NCBI GenBank assembly: GCA_017885605.1
Contig: JAFNFT010000071.1
Location: 85,519 to 149,518 of the forward strand
Direction: 5' to 3'
Length of the DNA stretch: 64,000 nt
Origin: Methanobacteriota archaeon
GTDB taxonomy: Archaea > Thermoplasmatota > E2 > DHVEG-1
The notes under the pieces were generated by a model. It ran no database searches and was not told where the DNA came from. It was given only the letters and a program-made list of their open reading frames with translations. Made by a program: the position numbers and the translations under genes. Below, piece by piece: positions 27,701 to 35,720 of this stretch (positions are counted from its first letter, which is position 1; each line of letters begins with the position of its first letter).

Positions 27701-29906
27701 AAGATTTGTTTACATACTCAATATGTTTTCCTTTCACAATCAATATCGGATTTGGATTACTTTCAAGAATATTCTCATTATAGTCTTTTAAATATCTAAT
27801 TTCTTCTTCTGCTATCTTCTGTACTGTAATATCTCTTGCAATTAATTGGATAGTTCTCTTCCCGCCAGGATGGATGATGGGGACATAAATATTTTGAAAA
27901 TATCGTCCTGCTCTTTCGTCCTCGTATTCTTGATTTTTCATTTCTTTAAGTGCCGTTCTGGCGATTTTTGCGCGTTCTTCAGCTATTTCTCTTGGAAGGA
28001 TATCAAAAATATTTTTACCAATTAACTTATCAGCTGGAACACCTATACTTTTTACCATCATTGGATTCATAGCTAGGATATTCCCTTTTTCATCAGTTTC
28101 AATGATTAAATCAGGAGACGAATCAAATAATCTTCTGAATTTTTCCTCAGATTCTTTTAATATTTGTTTCGCTTGCTTTTGTTCAGTAATGTTGTGCGCT
28201 ATCCCTTGAATAGCGTAGGGTTTTCCATCGCGATACACTTTCTCTGCAGTTGTTTCTATGTCGATAATCGTACCATTCTTTGTCTTCAGTCTGTATTCGG
28301 TCGATTCTTTTTGATGGCCATATTTTTTGATCTCGTTCAGCGCTTTCATTGCTTTCCATATTTGCCCGCCATCAAGTATTGAAGAAAAATTAAGCGAACC
28401 CAATTCTTCCTTACTGTAACCCAATAGTTTTAATGCCGTAGGATTCGCATCAATGAAATTTCCTTTGAGATCATGAAGATATACTAATTCAAATGAACTA
28501 TTAAATAACGCTTGATAACGTTCCTCGTTCTCCTTTGGGGTCGCGGTGATTTTTTCATGTTCTGTTATAGAACCAGATGCGTCTTCATCCGTTGTATCCG
28601 TTGTTACAGAATTCACAGCTAAGCCAACACTTTCCGCAGACGTATTCTCCGATGGCATCTCCTCCTTTAAATCTGTGTTATCCATATCGGAAATTGACTG
28701 AATGGGGAGCGTAAACAGAAATGTGCTACCGATGCCTTCTGTGCTCTCGAACCATATATTTCCACCGTGTAATCCTACAATACCTTTGGAGAGAGCAAGA
28801 CTAAGACCTACTCCACCAAACAGTCTATCATCACCAGAATCAGCCTGATAAAACGCATCAAAAATCATTCCCTGTTTATCCTTTGGTATGCCTTGTCCGA
28901 AATCCTGCACTTCAAACAAAACATCTTCCTTTTCTTTTCTTGTTTTTATATTTATTGTTGAACCATCTGGCGAGAACTTTATGGCATTGTCTACAAGGTT
29001 CAACAAAACTTGTTTAATCCGCTCACCATCAATCATCAAATCTGGAAGATCTTTTTCTAGATTAACATTAATTGTCATCTCTTTTTTATTCGCAAATGGT
29101 TCCATCGTTTTGGTTATTTCTTCCACGAGTGCTCTTGGATTTACTTTTCGTGGAATGAATTTCATACTCCCTGACTCCAAACTCGAAGCATCAAGGATAT
29201 TCTGGATTATCTGATCAAGACGATTTGTGTTACGCAAGATTACCTCAAGACCTTTCATCTGTCCTTCGTTAATTTCACCTAGAGTCTTTTTCATCAACAT
29301 CTGTACATATCCTTTTATGGACGTTATTGGAGTGCGTAATTCGTGGGACGTGGTTTTGAGAAAAGTTTTCTTGGTTTCATTTAGTTTTTGCAATTTTACA
29401 TTCTGCGACCAAAGATTTTTATTTAATTCATCATACATTTTATTAATTTCGGTAACATCCTTTAGTATAGATATGGAGTACAGAATCGCTCCATCAGCAC
29501 CTCTTACAGCACTTGCACTGAGCAACACTCTCCGTTTCTCCCCCTGTTTTGTCTCAATAACCATTTCTTCGTTATCTATTTCGCCGGTTTCTTTCCATTT
29601 GGAGAAGAGGATCTTCATCTTTTCATGGGATTCAGGAGCATAAATAGTGGTGAGATTTTTTCCTAGTAATTCCTCTTTTTTATAACCTAGATTCGTAAGC
29701 GCTGTTTTGTTTATTTCAAGAATTGTTCCTTCAGGCGAAACCATGTATTCATATAGCGGCGCGTTTTCAAAGAATTTTTTAAAACATGTATGTTCAAGGT
29801 TTTGATCAGAGGTATTATTTTTAGAGGATTCTTTTGATGAAGAAAAAAGTCTCCCATGTTTTTCTTCTTCTTTCAGTTCTTGAACAATTTCATAGTTATT
29901 CTTCAT
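24759..29906 (-). CDS. Giant cytoplasmic multi-PAS sensor histidine kinase (1715 aa): PAS1-HisKA-HATPase_c-acidic linker-10 further PAS domains-C-terminal coiled coil
   Basis: H-box TSHELRTPITSIKGYVQML and G-box GGVGLSLALSKGIVGLHGGNIWFEST lie at aa ~180-400. Eleven (D/N)IT(E/Q)(R/Q)K PAS junctions are counted along the protein. Confidence 0.9.
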   Translation of the reverse strand: MKNNYEIVQELKEEEKHGRLFSSSKESSKNNTSDQNLEHTCFKKFFENAPLYEYMVSPEGTILEINKTALTNLGYKKEELLGKNLTTIYAPESHEKMKILFSKWKETGEIDNEEMVIETKQGEKRRVLLSASAVRGADGAILYSISILKDVTEINKMYDELNKNLWSQNVKLQKLNETKKTFLKTTSHELRTPITSIKGYVQMLMKKTLGEINEGQMKGLEVILRNTNRLDQIIQNILDASSLESGSMKFIPRKVNPRALVEEITKTMEPFANKKEMTINVNLEKDLPDLMIDGERIKQVLLNLVDNAIKFSPDGSTINIKTRKEKEDVLFEVQDFGQGIPKDKQGMIFDAFYQADSGDDRLFGGVGLSLALSKGIVGLHGGNIWFESTEGIGSTFLFTLPIQSISDMDNTDLKEEMPSENTSAESVGLAVNSVTTDTTDEDASGSITEHEKITATPKENEERYQALFNSSFELVYLHDLKGNFIDANPTALKLLGYSKEELGSLNFSSILDGGQIWKAMKALNEIKKYGHQKESTEYRLKTKNGTIIDIETTAEKVYRDGKPYAIQGIAHNITEQKQAKQILKESEEKFRRLFDSSPDLIIETDEKGNILAMNPMMVKSIGVPADKLIGKNIFDILPREIAEERAKIARTALKEMKNQEYEDERAGRYFQNIYVPIIHPGGKRTIQLIARDITVQKIAEEEIRYLKDYNENILESNPNPILIVKGKHIEYVNKSFISAFGETKNEYITRNLKDVVPSEIFAVFENLLQVDGRSKELKFRGKDFNVRSFVVKKTVAEEEGSQGIVFQDITERKKAEEEIKRLAKFPAENPNPVLRIKKDGEVVYSNKAGFQILDFWKTNIGEDVPERWRNIIRKKFVSKNLKAEEEEEEINDKIFSFVVSPVADEGYVNLYGRDITERKKAEGALIESQEKYRLITENTNDLIIITNIDKTFRYVSPSIKSLGYTPDELVGQDSFFVLHPEDKISITSMLKQLVIGMYKPGTSSRFEYHLRDKSGVYHIYDTAAKLVKDASGKHVILSISRDITERKKAEEKIKIFSDAIASAFDCFMLTDVKGNITYANESAISAFGYTSEEFLKLNIAELDADPMVAKKVMQDIAVKERWSGDVINIRKNKEKFPAILSAFIIKDDKGNPIGTMGILRDITERKQAEEALRVKDWVIESAINAIAISDLQGNLNYVNPAFLKLWGYSSSAEILRKSATEFWQMGEKAAEVIDALRTRGGWIGELVAHRKNGALFEVQVSASMTVDAAGKPVCMEASFADITERKRMEERLHETEERFRIAAETSNDAVYEWDLQHSVQWFGKIDEMLGYGPGEFPRTFDAWTDLIHPEDKKRVAAAVQAYLDERMPYAIEYRVRTKDGTCRWWTARGAVARTPDGHPIRWIGTVTDITERKKAEKEVIESAEKLRRILDSSPDAITVTDLNGNIIECNQATSMLHGFNKKELIGKNALELFSPKDLERAKESLKETLESESVKNLEYTLLTKDGQEFPAELSACLIRDASGNPLSFVAITKDITERKRSEEALLDSEERHRVLFESSRDAIMTLEPPTWNFTTGNPATLEMFKVKNEEEFTSKGPENLSPERQPDGRSSAEKAKEMIETAMRNGSKFFEWTHKRINGEDFFATVLLSRVVQGGKVFLQATVRDITMQKQLEKKLKEEIDALELYKKLTVNRELKMIELKKRIAELEEKLKGEM

Positions 29907-30175
29907 AAAAAACCTCTCTAATATTTTAAAGGGTTTTCTCCTAAAATTGTAGCATCCACCTCAACGTCACAAAACAGCATCATTTCGTAACCCCTCATTT
30001 CCTTTTTCCCGCCACAATTAAATTACGCAAACATTACAATATAATACTTCTTTCTTATTTAACTTTAATGGACGAATCAAAAAAGTAAAAACAAAAAAAT
30101 CATCAGATGATCCTTATCTGATATGCAACAAAGTTGAATCAGGACGATATTTGGAGGAAGCAGCAATGTCTGGAC

Positions 30176-30232
30176 TGAATCATAAAACGATATTTTCAAT
30201 CAATCTCTTTCACCTTAGAGATGATTCGATAC
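30176..30232 (+). repeat. Copy A of a ~57-bp imperfect direct repeat flanking the MEDS-histidine kinase gene
   Basis: atcataaaacgatattttcaatcaatctctttcaccttagagatgattcgatac versus 31936-31995 atcataaaaacgatattttcaaaccatccttttcaccctagagatggtatctggtatc. The atctct/agagat inverted repeat is internal. About 45 of 55 positions match. Confidence 0.45.
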
Positions 30233-30456
30233 GAAGTTAAAAAAAAATTAACTATTGGGCAAAAATAAAATATATTTACTCGTTCTCGAAGAATGGGTTT
30301 ATTTTCAATATGTAAGATAATAGAGTTATTGTAGCGTGGGAATGAAATTAATGTAACAATTTGTAATAAATTTTTATTAAAAGTAAAAAACGTTGCAAAA
30401 CGAAACATTTAAGATTTGCTACAATATTGTAGTTTTATATTTTTATAGAGAAAAAA

Positions 30457-31848
30457 ATGAAAAACCCAGCAATAAGAAAACTAGGTCTCGATGTAATCAA
30501 GGAAGCCCCTTGGGGGACACATCTCTGTTTTTTTTACGACTCTATCAATGACTACTTAGATATTATAAAACCATATATCAAAGCAGGTTTAGAAAATAAT
30601 GAATTTTGCGTGTGGATTATTTCTAAAGACCTCGAGAAGGAAAAGGCATTTGAGATTTTACAAACAGCGATTCCTACCCTTGATTGTTATCAACGAAAGA
30701 AACAAATCGAGATTCTTTCACATTCTGAATATTATTTAAATAATGGAAGATTCGATGGAGAAGCAGTTATCACGAATTGGGAAAACAAACTTGACAACGC
30801 TCGATCCGCAGGATTTGATGGATTACGAGTAGAAGGTGACATTTCATGGGTTGGAACGAATCGGTGGAAACTCTTTAAGGATTATGAATTTGAACTTGGA
30901 AATGTAATTTTCAATAACAAGATTTTAGCTATTTGTTCGTACCCTCTTAAAAAGATTGGAGCAAGAGAAATTATTGATGTTATAGAAAATCATCATTTTG
31001 CTCTAATCAGGCGTAATGAGAAATGGATATATGCAAAGAGTTTTGTAGATATGATGGATAAATTACTCGACATCCAAAATCACATTAAAGGAGAAAATAT
31101 TGAATTAATAAAACAGGGAATAGTACAGAATACCCTTTTTAACGTATCATCCCATGAGATAAAAACACCTTTAAGTTCAATTAAAGGCTATACTCAAATG
31201 TTGATAAAAGAACAATTCGGTACAATTAATGAGCAACAAAAGGAGGTTCTCGAGATCCTGAAACGAAATACTGATTATTTGAACCACTTAATTAATAATT
31301 ATCTTAATTTAGTTCAACTACAAACAGGCACAATGAAATTCATAGTGGAGAAGATTCCTATAAAGAGTCTAATCAAAGATACTATGGATATTATGTCCCC
31401 GTTGGCAGATTCTAAAAAAGTTAAAATAGATGTCCGATTGGCAGACGGATTACCACCGCTTAGCATTGATGTTGATAAGATAAACCAAGTTCTAATAAAT
31501 ATCATTGGTAACGCTATTAAATTTTCACCTGAGGGGGCATCAATCAATATTAATGTGAAGAAAAAAAACGAGTATATCCTTTTTGAAATTCAGGATTTCG
31601 GATTGGGTATACCAAAGAATGAGCATGAAAAAATCTTTGGCATGTTTTTCCAATCTGAATCAATTCGGGATAAAAATATAAAGGGCTCTGGGCTGGGGCT
31701 TCCCATTTCAAAGGCTATCGTTGAAGCGCATGGGGGACAGATATGGGTTGATAGTAAAATAGGCAAAGGAAGCAAGTTTAGTTTTACACTGCCCATCAAG
31801 TCTGTGAAAGCACGTAAGATTAATCTCATAAAGGGCCTACTTGAGTAA
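30457..31848 (+). CDS. Cytoplasmic histidine kinase with N-terminal MEDS-like sensory domain
   Basis: [35 protein letters not shown]...[14 protein letters not shown] fits the MEDS pattern (conserved His and FY near the N-terminus, GLRV...W at the end). H-box [20 protein letters not shown]-box [24 protein letters not shown]. Confidence 0.75.
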   Translation: MKNPAIRKLGLDVIKEAPWGTHLCFFYDSINDYLDIIKPYIKAGLENNEFCVWIISKDLEKEKAFEILQTAIPTLDCYQRKKQIEILSHSEYYLNNGRFDGEAVITNWENKLDNARSAGFDGLRVEGDISWVGTNRWKLFKDYEFELGNVIFNNKILAICSYPLKKIGAREIIDVIENHHFALIRRNEKWIYAKSFVDMMDKLLDIQNHIKGENIELIKQGIVQNTLFNVSSHEIKTPLSSIKGYTQMLIKEQFGTINEQQKEVLEILKRNTDYLNHLINNYLNLVQLQTGTMKFIVEKIPIKSLIKDTMDIMSPLADSKKVKIDVRLADGLPPLSIDVDKINQVLINIIGNAIKFSPEGASININVKKKNEYILFEIQDFGLGIPKNEHEKIFGMFFQSESIRDKNIKGSGLGLPISKAIVEAHGGQIWVDSKIGKGSKFSFTLPIKSVKARKINLIKGLLE

Positions 31849-31935
31849 TCGAACTTTTAGATGTGACCTGAACTTTGTTTGGTCGTTTATTCCATACTCA
31901 AGCTCCTTATCGTGCAGGTAGTATCTTCTTATTCA

Positions 31936-31995
31936 TCGATCATAAAAACGATATTTTCAAACCATCCTTTTCACCCTAGAGATGGTATCTGGTAT
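31936..31995 (+). repeat. Copy B of the ~57-bp direct repeat (see 30176-30232), 90 bp downstream of the MEDS-histidine kinase stop
   Basis: See copy A. Confidence 0.45.
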
Positions 31996-32115
31996 CAATC
32001 AGATATTGATAGTGGTATTTGCGAGATTTAAGTATTACTCGGACAAGTTCAAATCATACGAATGAAAGATTACAGGAACACAAAATCAATATTCTGAACG
32101 GAGGAAAAAATCGTT

Positions 32116-32505
32116 CTACTGTTCCAACATAGTACGTACTCTGTTCAACAAATCATCCACATCAAAGGGTTTGGTGATATAATCGATAACCTTCAAATCA
32201 TTTAAAATCTGTTTTCCCTGTTCCTTAAAATTTGCAACGGTAAAAAACGCAATCTTGATATCCTTCAAACCAGGATCTTTCTCGGCTCTGATCGTTTTGC
32301 ATACTTCCCTTCCGCTCATCCCTGGCATAAACATGTCAAGCAATATAAGATCGGGTCTCTCGTCATCTTTCACGCTCCGTAATTTATCCAGTGCTTCTTT
32401 CCCATTAAAAGCGATGATGGTAGTATACCCTTCAGATTTCAGAAGTTTTTCAACCAGCTCCACGGTATCCCTTGTATCATCAACAATCATAATTTTTTTT
32501 ACCAT
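32116..32505 (-). CDS. Single-domain response regulator (CheY-like receiver)
   Basis: IMIVDDTRDTVEL...LILLDMFMPGMSGREV...FTVANFKEQ...YITKPF. Receiver-domain pattern with D-D-K residues. Confidence 0.85.
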   Translation of the reverse strand: MVKKIMIVDDTRDTVELVEKLLKSEGYTTIIAFNGKEALDKLRSVKDDERPDLILLDMFMPGMSGREVCKTIRAEKDPGLKDIKIAFFTVANFKEQGKQILNDLKVIDYITKPFDVDDLLNRVRTMLEQ

Positions 32506-33275
32506 TTTTCCTCACCCAGCACTCTATCCACAAGCATTGAAATGTCGTTTATGGTTTGTTTATCAAGAGATTCTATTTTTCCAATAAAAAAACCCTGGGC
32601 TCCATTTGATTTAATCAGGGAAGCAGTATCTTGGACAAAGAGCGGCATCTCAAATTTTTCAATATTCTTTACCGCAGAAACGTTATCCACAATAACGCAT
32701 TTTATATCTTTTTCCTTAAGTATCCTATCCAATGAGCTTTTGATATCACTTGGATTATTTTTTACCGTTACACAGTTTTTGGCGTTGCAATCTCCACCTG
32801 ATGCATCTAAAAATTGAAAGCCGGACGTATCTATTCCATACAAATCGAAAACATCAACTATCTTTTCGTACGGTACTTCCAGCGTCAAATAACAGATGCC
32901 CCGTATATTTTTAACAAGATCCACGAGCTTGCCTTCATATTTGTCCTTGGATGTGATTAAAAATGCTTGGCCAAAATCTGAAAGATTTTTGATAAGCGTT
33001 TTCAGTTTGTACAGTCCGATCACGAGGAAGAAAATAAAGACAATGGTGAATAACTCAGGAGCAATCGTTTGAGGTAAAATTAAAAATAATTCAAATATCT
33101 TAAACGTTTCTAACAAGACAAACGCTATCATGCCTATGAGAAGAAAAACAAAGCCTTGTCGTATCGCAGATTTGGTCCTTTTCATTATGGCAAACACTAT
33201 TCCAATGGTAAAGAGACCAAAACAGAATCCTATTATACTTAGGAGTCCTGATGCGGTCAACAGATCCATGTTCAC
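32499..33275 (-). CDS. Membrane protein (4 TM) with C-terminal cytoplasmic DUF835-like domain
   Basis: Four N-terminal hydrophobic helices. Then ICYLTLEVPYEKIVDVFDLYGIDTSGFQFLDAS...KCVIVDNVSAVKNIEKFEMPLFVQDTASLIKSNGAQGFFIGKIESLDKQTINDISMLVDRV, matching the DUF835-like pattern of the small paralogs. Overlaps the receiver gene by 7 nt. Confidence 0.45.
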   Translation of the reverse strand: MNMDLLTASGLLSIIGFCFGLFTIGIVFAIMKRTKSAIRQGFVFLLIGMIAFVLLETFKIFELFLILPQTIAPELFTIVFIFFLVIGLYKLKTLIKNLSDFGQAFLITSKDKYEGKLVDLVKNIRGICYLTLEVPYEKIVDVFDLYGIDTSGFQFLDASGGDCNAKNCVTVKNNPSDIKSSLDRILKEKDIKCVIVDNVSAVKNIEKFEMPLFVQDTASLIKSNGAQGFFIGKIESLDKQTINDISMLVDRVLGEEKW

Positions 33276-33475
33276 TGTCTACCCGCAGTTTTTATGAATT
33301 TTTGGAGATCTTTCACAGAAACAGTGAGAACCTCGCTCGTAGCAGGTTTACGATCCAACATTTTTCTCACGCTATCTCGGACCGCTTCAGATCTATTTGG
33401 ATAGGTGCCCTGTTGTATCAAAACATCAATTCTCTCCAACATATTTTTTGTCAATCTTATTTGAAGTGTTTCCAT
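33272..33475 (-). CDS. Ribbon-helix-helix (CopG/Arc/MetJ-like) transcriptional regulator
   Basis: IRLTKNMLERIDVLIQQGTYPNRSEAVRDSVRKMLD is a textbook beta-alpha-alpha RHH. The 4-nt ATGA overlap with the downstream membrane-DUF835 gene implies an RHH / DUF835 / receiver operon. Confidence 0.6.
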   Translation of the reverse strand: METLQIRLTKNMLERIDVLIQQGTYPNRSEAVRDSVRKMLDRKPATSEVLTVSVKDLQKFIKTAGRQ

Positions 33476-33599
33476 TTTTTATCACGTCCATTTTTCTTTT
33501 TTTGATATTATTTTTGTGCTGCTTATACCATTACAACACAATTACGTATAAGCGTGCATGTTTTATAAAATTATCTCTTTCGAAAAATCAGGATTTTTT

Positions 33600-34199
33600 T
33601 CATTTAAAAAATTTCTCCAATTCAATAAACTTCTTCAAATCATCCTCGGAAACCTTCAATTTTGATATCCGCCTGTGCTCATGAAACAATCCACCGACCG
33701 TAATAATCAATGCCCCGCCCATGACATACTCGATCAATAGTTGCTGATTCGCTGACACCTCAACGACACTAAAGGATTTACTCGCTTCCACATATTTCGT
33801 CCCATCAAGCGAGGTAACATTTGCTTTCACGAGATAGACCCCACCTTTAATGGTTTCTGGTAATTGTATCTCCTCGGAAAAAGAACTTAACGTTTCTATT
33901 GCCACGGTTGTACTTTCAACCAAAATACTGTTGTCTTTTAAATCAGTTACCTCGTAGGTAACCTTCACATCAACCCTGCCCGATGATTTTGAGTTTCTGA
34001 TCTCCGTAATAATGTGGAACGATTGACCTGGTCGAAATGTATCGCCCTCTACGACCGACACGGAGATCGCTAGCGATGCAGTAGATTCTGAAATGACCGT
34101 TGCCCCACACAGGAGTGAAAAAAGAAAATATGCGACGAACAAGAGTATGCAAATCTTTCCCAAGCTACTTTTGAACCCATGGTGCAATCCCATAGCCAC
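33600..34199 (-). CDS. Hypothetical secreted/membrane-anchored protein (N-terminal TM or signal, beta-rich ectodomain, C-terminal TM)
   Basis: N-terminal ICILLFVAYFLFSLLCGATV and C-terminal GGALIITVGGLF followed by a basic tail. No recognisable motifs. Confidence 0.4.
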   Translation of the reverse strand: MAMGLHHGFKSSLGKICILLFVAYFLFSLLCGATVISESTASLAISVSVVEGDTFRPGQSFHIITEIRNSKSSGRVDVKVTYEVTDLKDNSILVESTTVAIETLSSFSEEIQLPETIKGGVYLVKANVTSLDGTKYVEASKSFSVVEVSANQQLLIEYVMGGALIITVGGLFHEHRRISKLKVSEDDLKKFIELEKFFK

Positions 34200-34346
34200 G
34201 CTCCGATATACAAAAATGAAATAGGAAGATATTGTTTAAATTTTTTGATTGATAGTTTCTTTCGAACGAGGGCGTAAAAAGAGAATGACAAGTTTTTCCA
34301 GTAGCGTGGTCGCTTTCCCGTCTCACGGATCTTTCTTCCTTGTCAA

Positions 34347-35327
34347 TTACGATACGGTGACGAAGAGATGTGTTTCTCGGTACGCATCCGTGATCTTTTC
34401 TGCGATACTATCTTTGTAGTCTATAGTATAATTCGAGGCGTCTTTTGGGGTGGTAAATAAGAGGAACTCAAGTTTGAGGTCTTTTCCTTTCTGGCTGATG
34501 TTGAAGGTATAGTTGTATTCCCATTGCGGCTCCCATGCTGCTTCGATATCAACAGAGGTATGATTGAGCATGACCGTAACGCTGTTCATGAACCATGCAT
34601 GGTTGTACAAGGTTTCGTTATTTTGTGTTGAGTTGCTGTACACTATAGTTTGATTGATGAGCCATACCTCAACTGTGTAAGTAATTGGTCGGTATTCATG
34701 GTTGACGATGCCAATGATGACCGATGCTTCTTCACCCACGGTAAGATTCGTTGGGTAGTCATCTGCTCGTCGTTCGGTGCTCAGCAGGTAGAACTCAGTG
34801 AATTTCTCACCTGTTTTTGGGACCACGATAACATAGGTTAAGGAGGTAATTGCAATAATGATGGCAGCACCCAGCATTAGAGTCAATGCTTTATCTATTC
34901 TCTGTTCAGCTTTTGGTAATGCTACATCAAGAGCTATGGTAAATCTTTCGCTGGTGTCGGTTTTCGTCCATCGGTAGATTGCAATGGATCCGACACCTAT
35001 GATAAAAATGAATACTGAGAGGAGAATAGGTTGTAGTCGTATGCCCCATGGCGTGTAATTTAATCCTAGCCCTATCAGGGGTACAATTGCTATTGACAGG
35101 CCGAAGCTGAGGGCAATTCTTTCTATGGAATCTATTCCTTTGTCTGTTATTCTAGTGGGGAATAGTGCAAAGATGAGTACGTATCCTGGTATGAAGAGGA
35201 TGAACGGTAAACCCAGTATGATCCTTACGGTTCCTTCTATGTTTAGTGTTGCTATTGGTAAAATAATCATGCTCCATGTTATACTTAGAAGTATGTCGAT
35301 TGGATATTTTTCGAATCGTATCCTCAT
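34347..35327 (-). CDS. Polytopic membrane protein with C-terminal extracytoplasmic N-x-S/T-rich domain (possibly the archaeal DUF1616 family)
   Basis: 4-5 N-terminal TM helices, then a ~170-aa region with many sequons (NLTV, NQTI, NSTQ, NETL, NHTS, NYTF, NISQ, NYTI). Family assignment is from memory of the architecture only. Confidence 0.4.
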   Translation of the reverse strand: MRIRFEKYPIDILLSITWSMIILPIATLNIEGTVRIILGLPFILFIPGYVLIFALFPTRITDKGIDSIERIALSFGLSIAIVPLIGLGLNYTPWGIRLQPILLSVFIFIIGVGSIAIYRWTKTDTSERFTIALDVALPKAEQRIDKALTLMLGAAIIIAITSLTYVIVVPKTGEKFTEFYLLSTERRADDYPTNLTVGEEASVIIGIVNHEYRPITYTVEVWLINQTIVYSNSTQNNETLYNHAWFMNSVTVMLNHTSVDIEAAWEPQWEYNYTFNISQKGKDLKLEFLLFTTPKDASNYTIDYKDSIAEKITDAYRETHLFVTVS

Positions 35328-35456
35328 CTTTCCCCGGCATTTAGATGATGTAACAGTTTAATTACCTTTTTCTTTTAAAAAAGGAAGAGTATAAATATAA
35401 CTTTACATATACAGTACATAAGTGATGTTTAAAAATCACAACGTGAGGGTGATGAG

Positions 35457-35720
35457 ATGATAACAACTGTAACAACTACGACAACCACTGTCGTTGCGAC
35501 AACTACCACGACAACGGCAGCAATATCGATAACTGCCTCCTTGGCAATAATAGGCACAATTGTTTTAATATCACTCCTCATAGCAAAGGAGCTTTTATCA
35601 TCACATGAGGCAGAACGAACACAGTTTTTATCGGACAGACTCAGCATCGCCATCGTACCACTATTGATGATGTTTGCGATGATTGTCATAACAAAAATAG
35701 TGGATGTTCTTCATTTTTAA
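35457..35720 (+). CDS. Small Thr-rich membrane protein (poly-Thr N-terminus, 2 predicted TM helices)
   Basis: SD-like gagggtgatgag 7 nt before the ATG. TTVTTTTTTVVATTTTTT, then AAISITASLAIIGTIVLISLLIA and LSIAIVPLLMMFAMIVITKIV. The antisense ORF 35429-35689 is its Val-rich mirror; which strand is real is uncertain. Confidence 0.25.
   Translation: MITTVTTTTTTVVATTTTTTAAISITASLAIIGTIVLISLLIAKELLSSHEAERTQFLSDRLSIAIVPLLMMFAMIVITKIVDVLHF

Noticed and set aside
30196-30408. 70-aa minus-strand ORF in the divergent promoter region between the two histidine kinase genes
   Set aside because: AT-rich intergenic DNA with no RBS and no recognisable motifs. More plausibly promoter sequence.
30125-31885. 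caacaaagttgaatcagg (30128) versus reverse complement of cctgaactttgtttgg (31868), upstream of each copy of the 57-bp direct repeat
   Set aside because: Only a ~15-nt imperfect match in opposite orientation. It could extend the repeat element but is within chance range for AT-rich spacers. Noted under the direct-repeat finding only as context.
34347-35327. Firm DUF1616 assignment for the 326-aa membrane protein
   Set aside because: The assignment rests only on remembered architecture (N-terminal TM bundle + sequon-rich ectodomain near archaeal glycosylation genes) and no signature motif could be verified. Kept as low-confidence.
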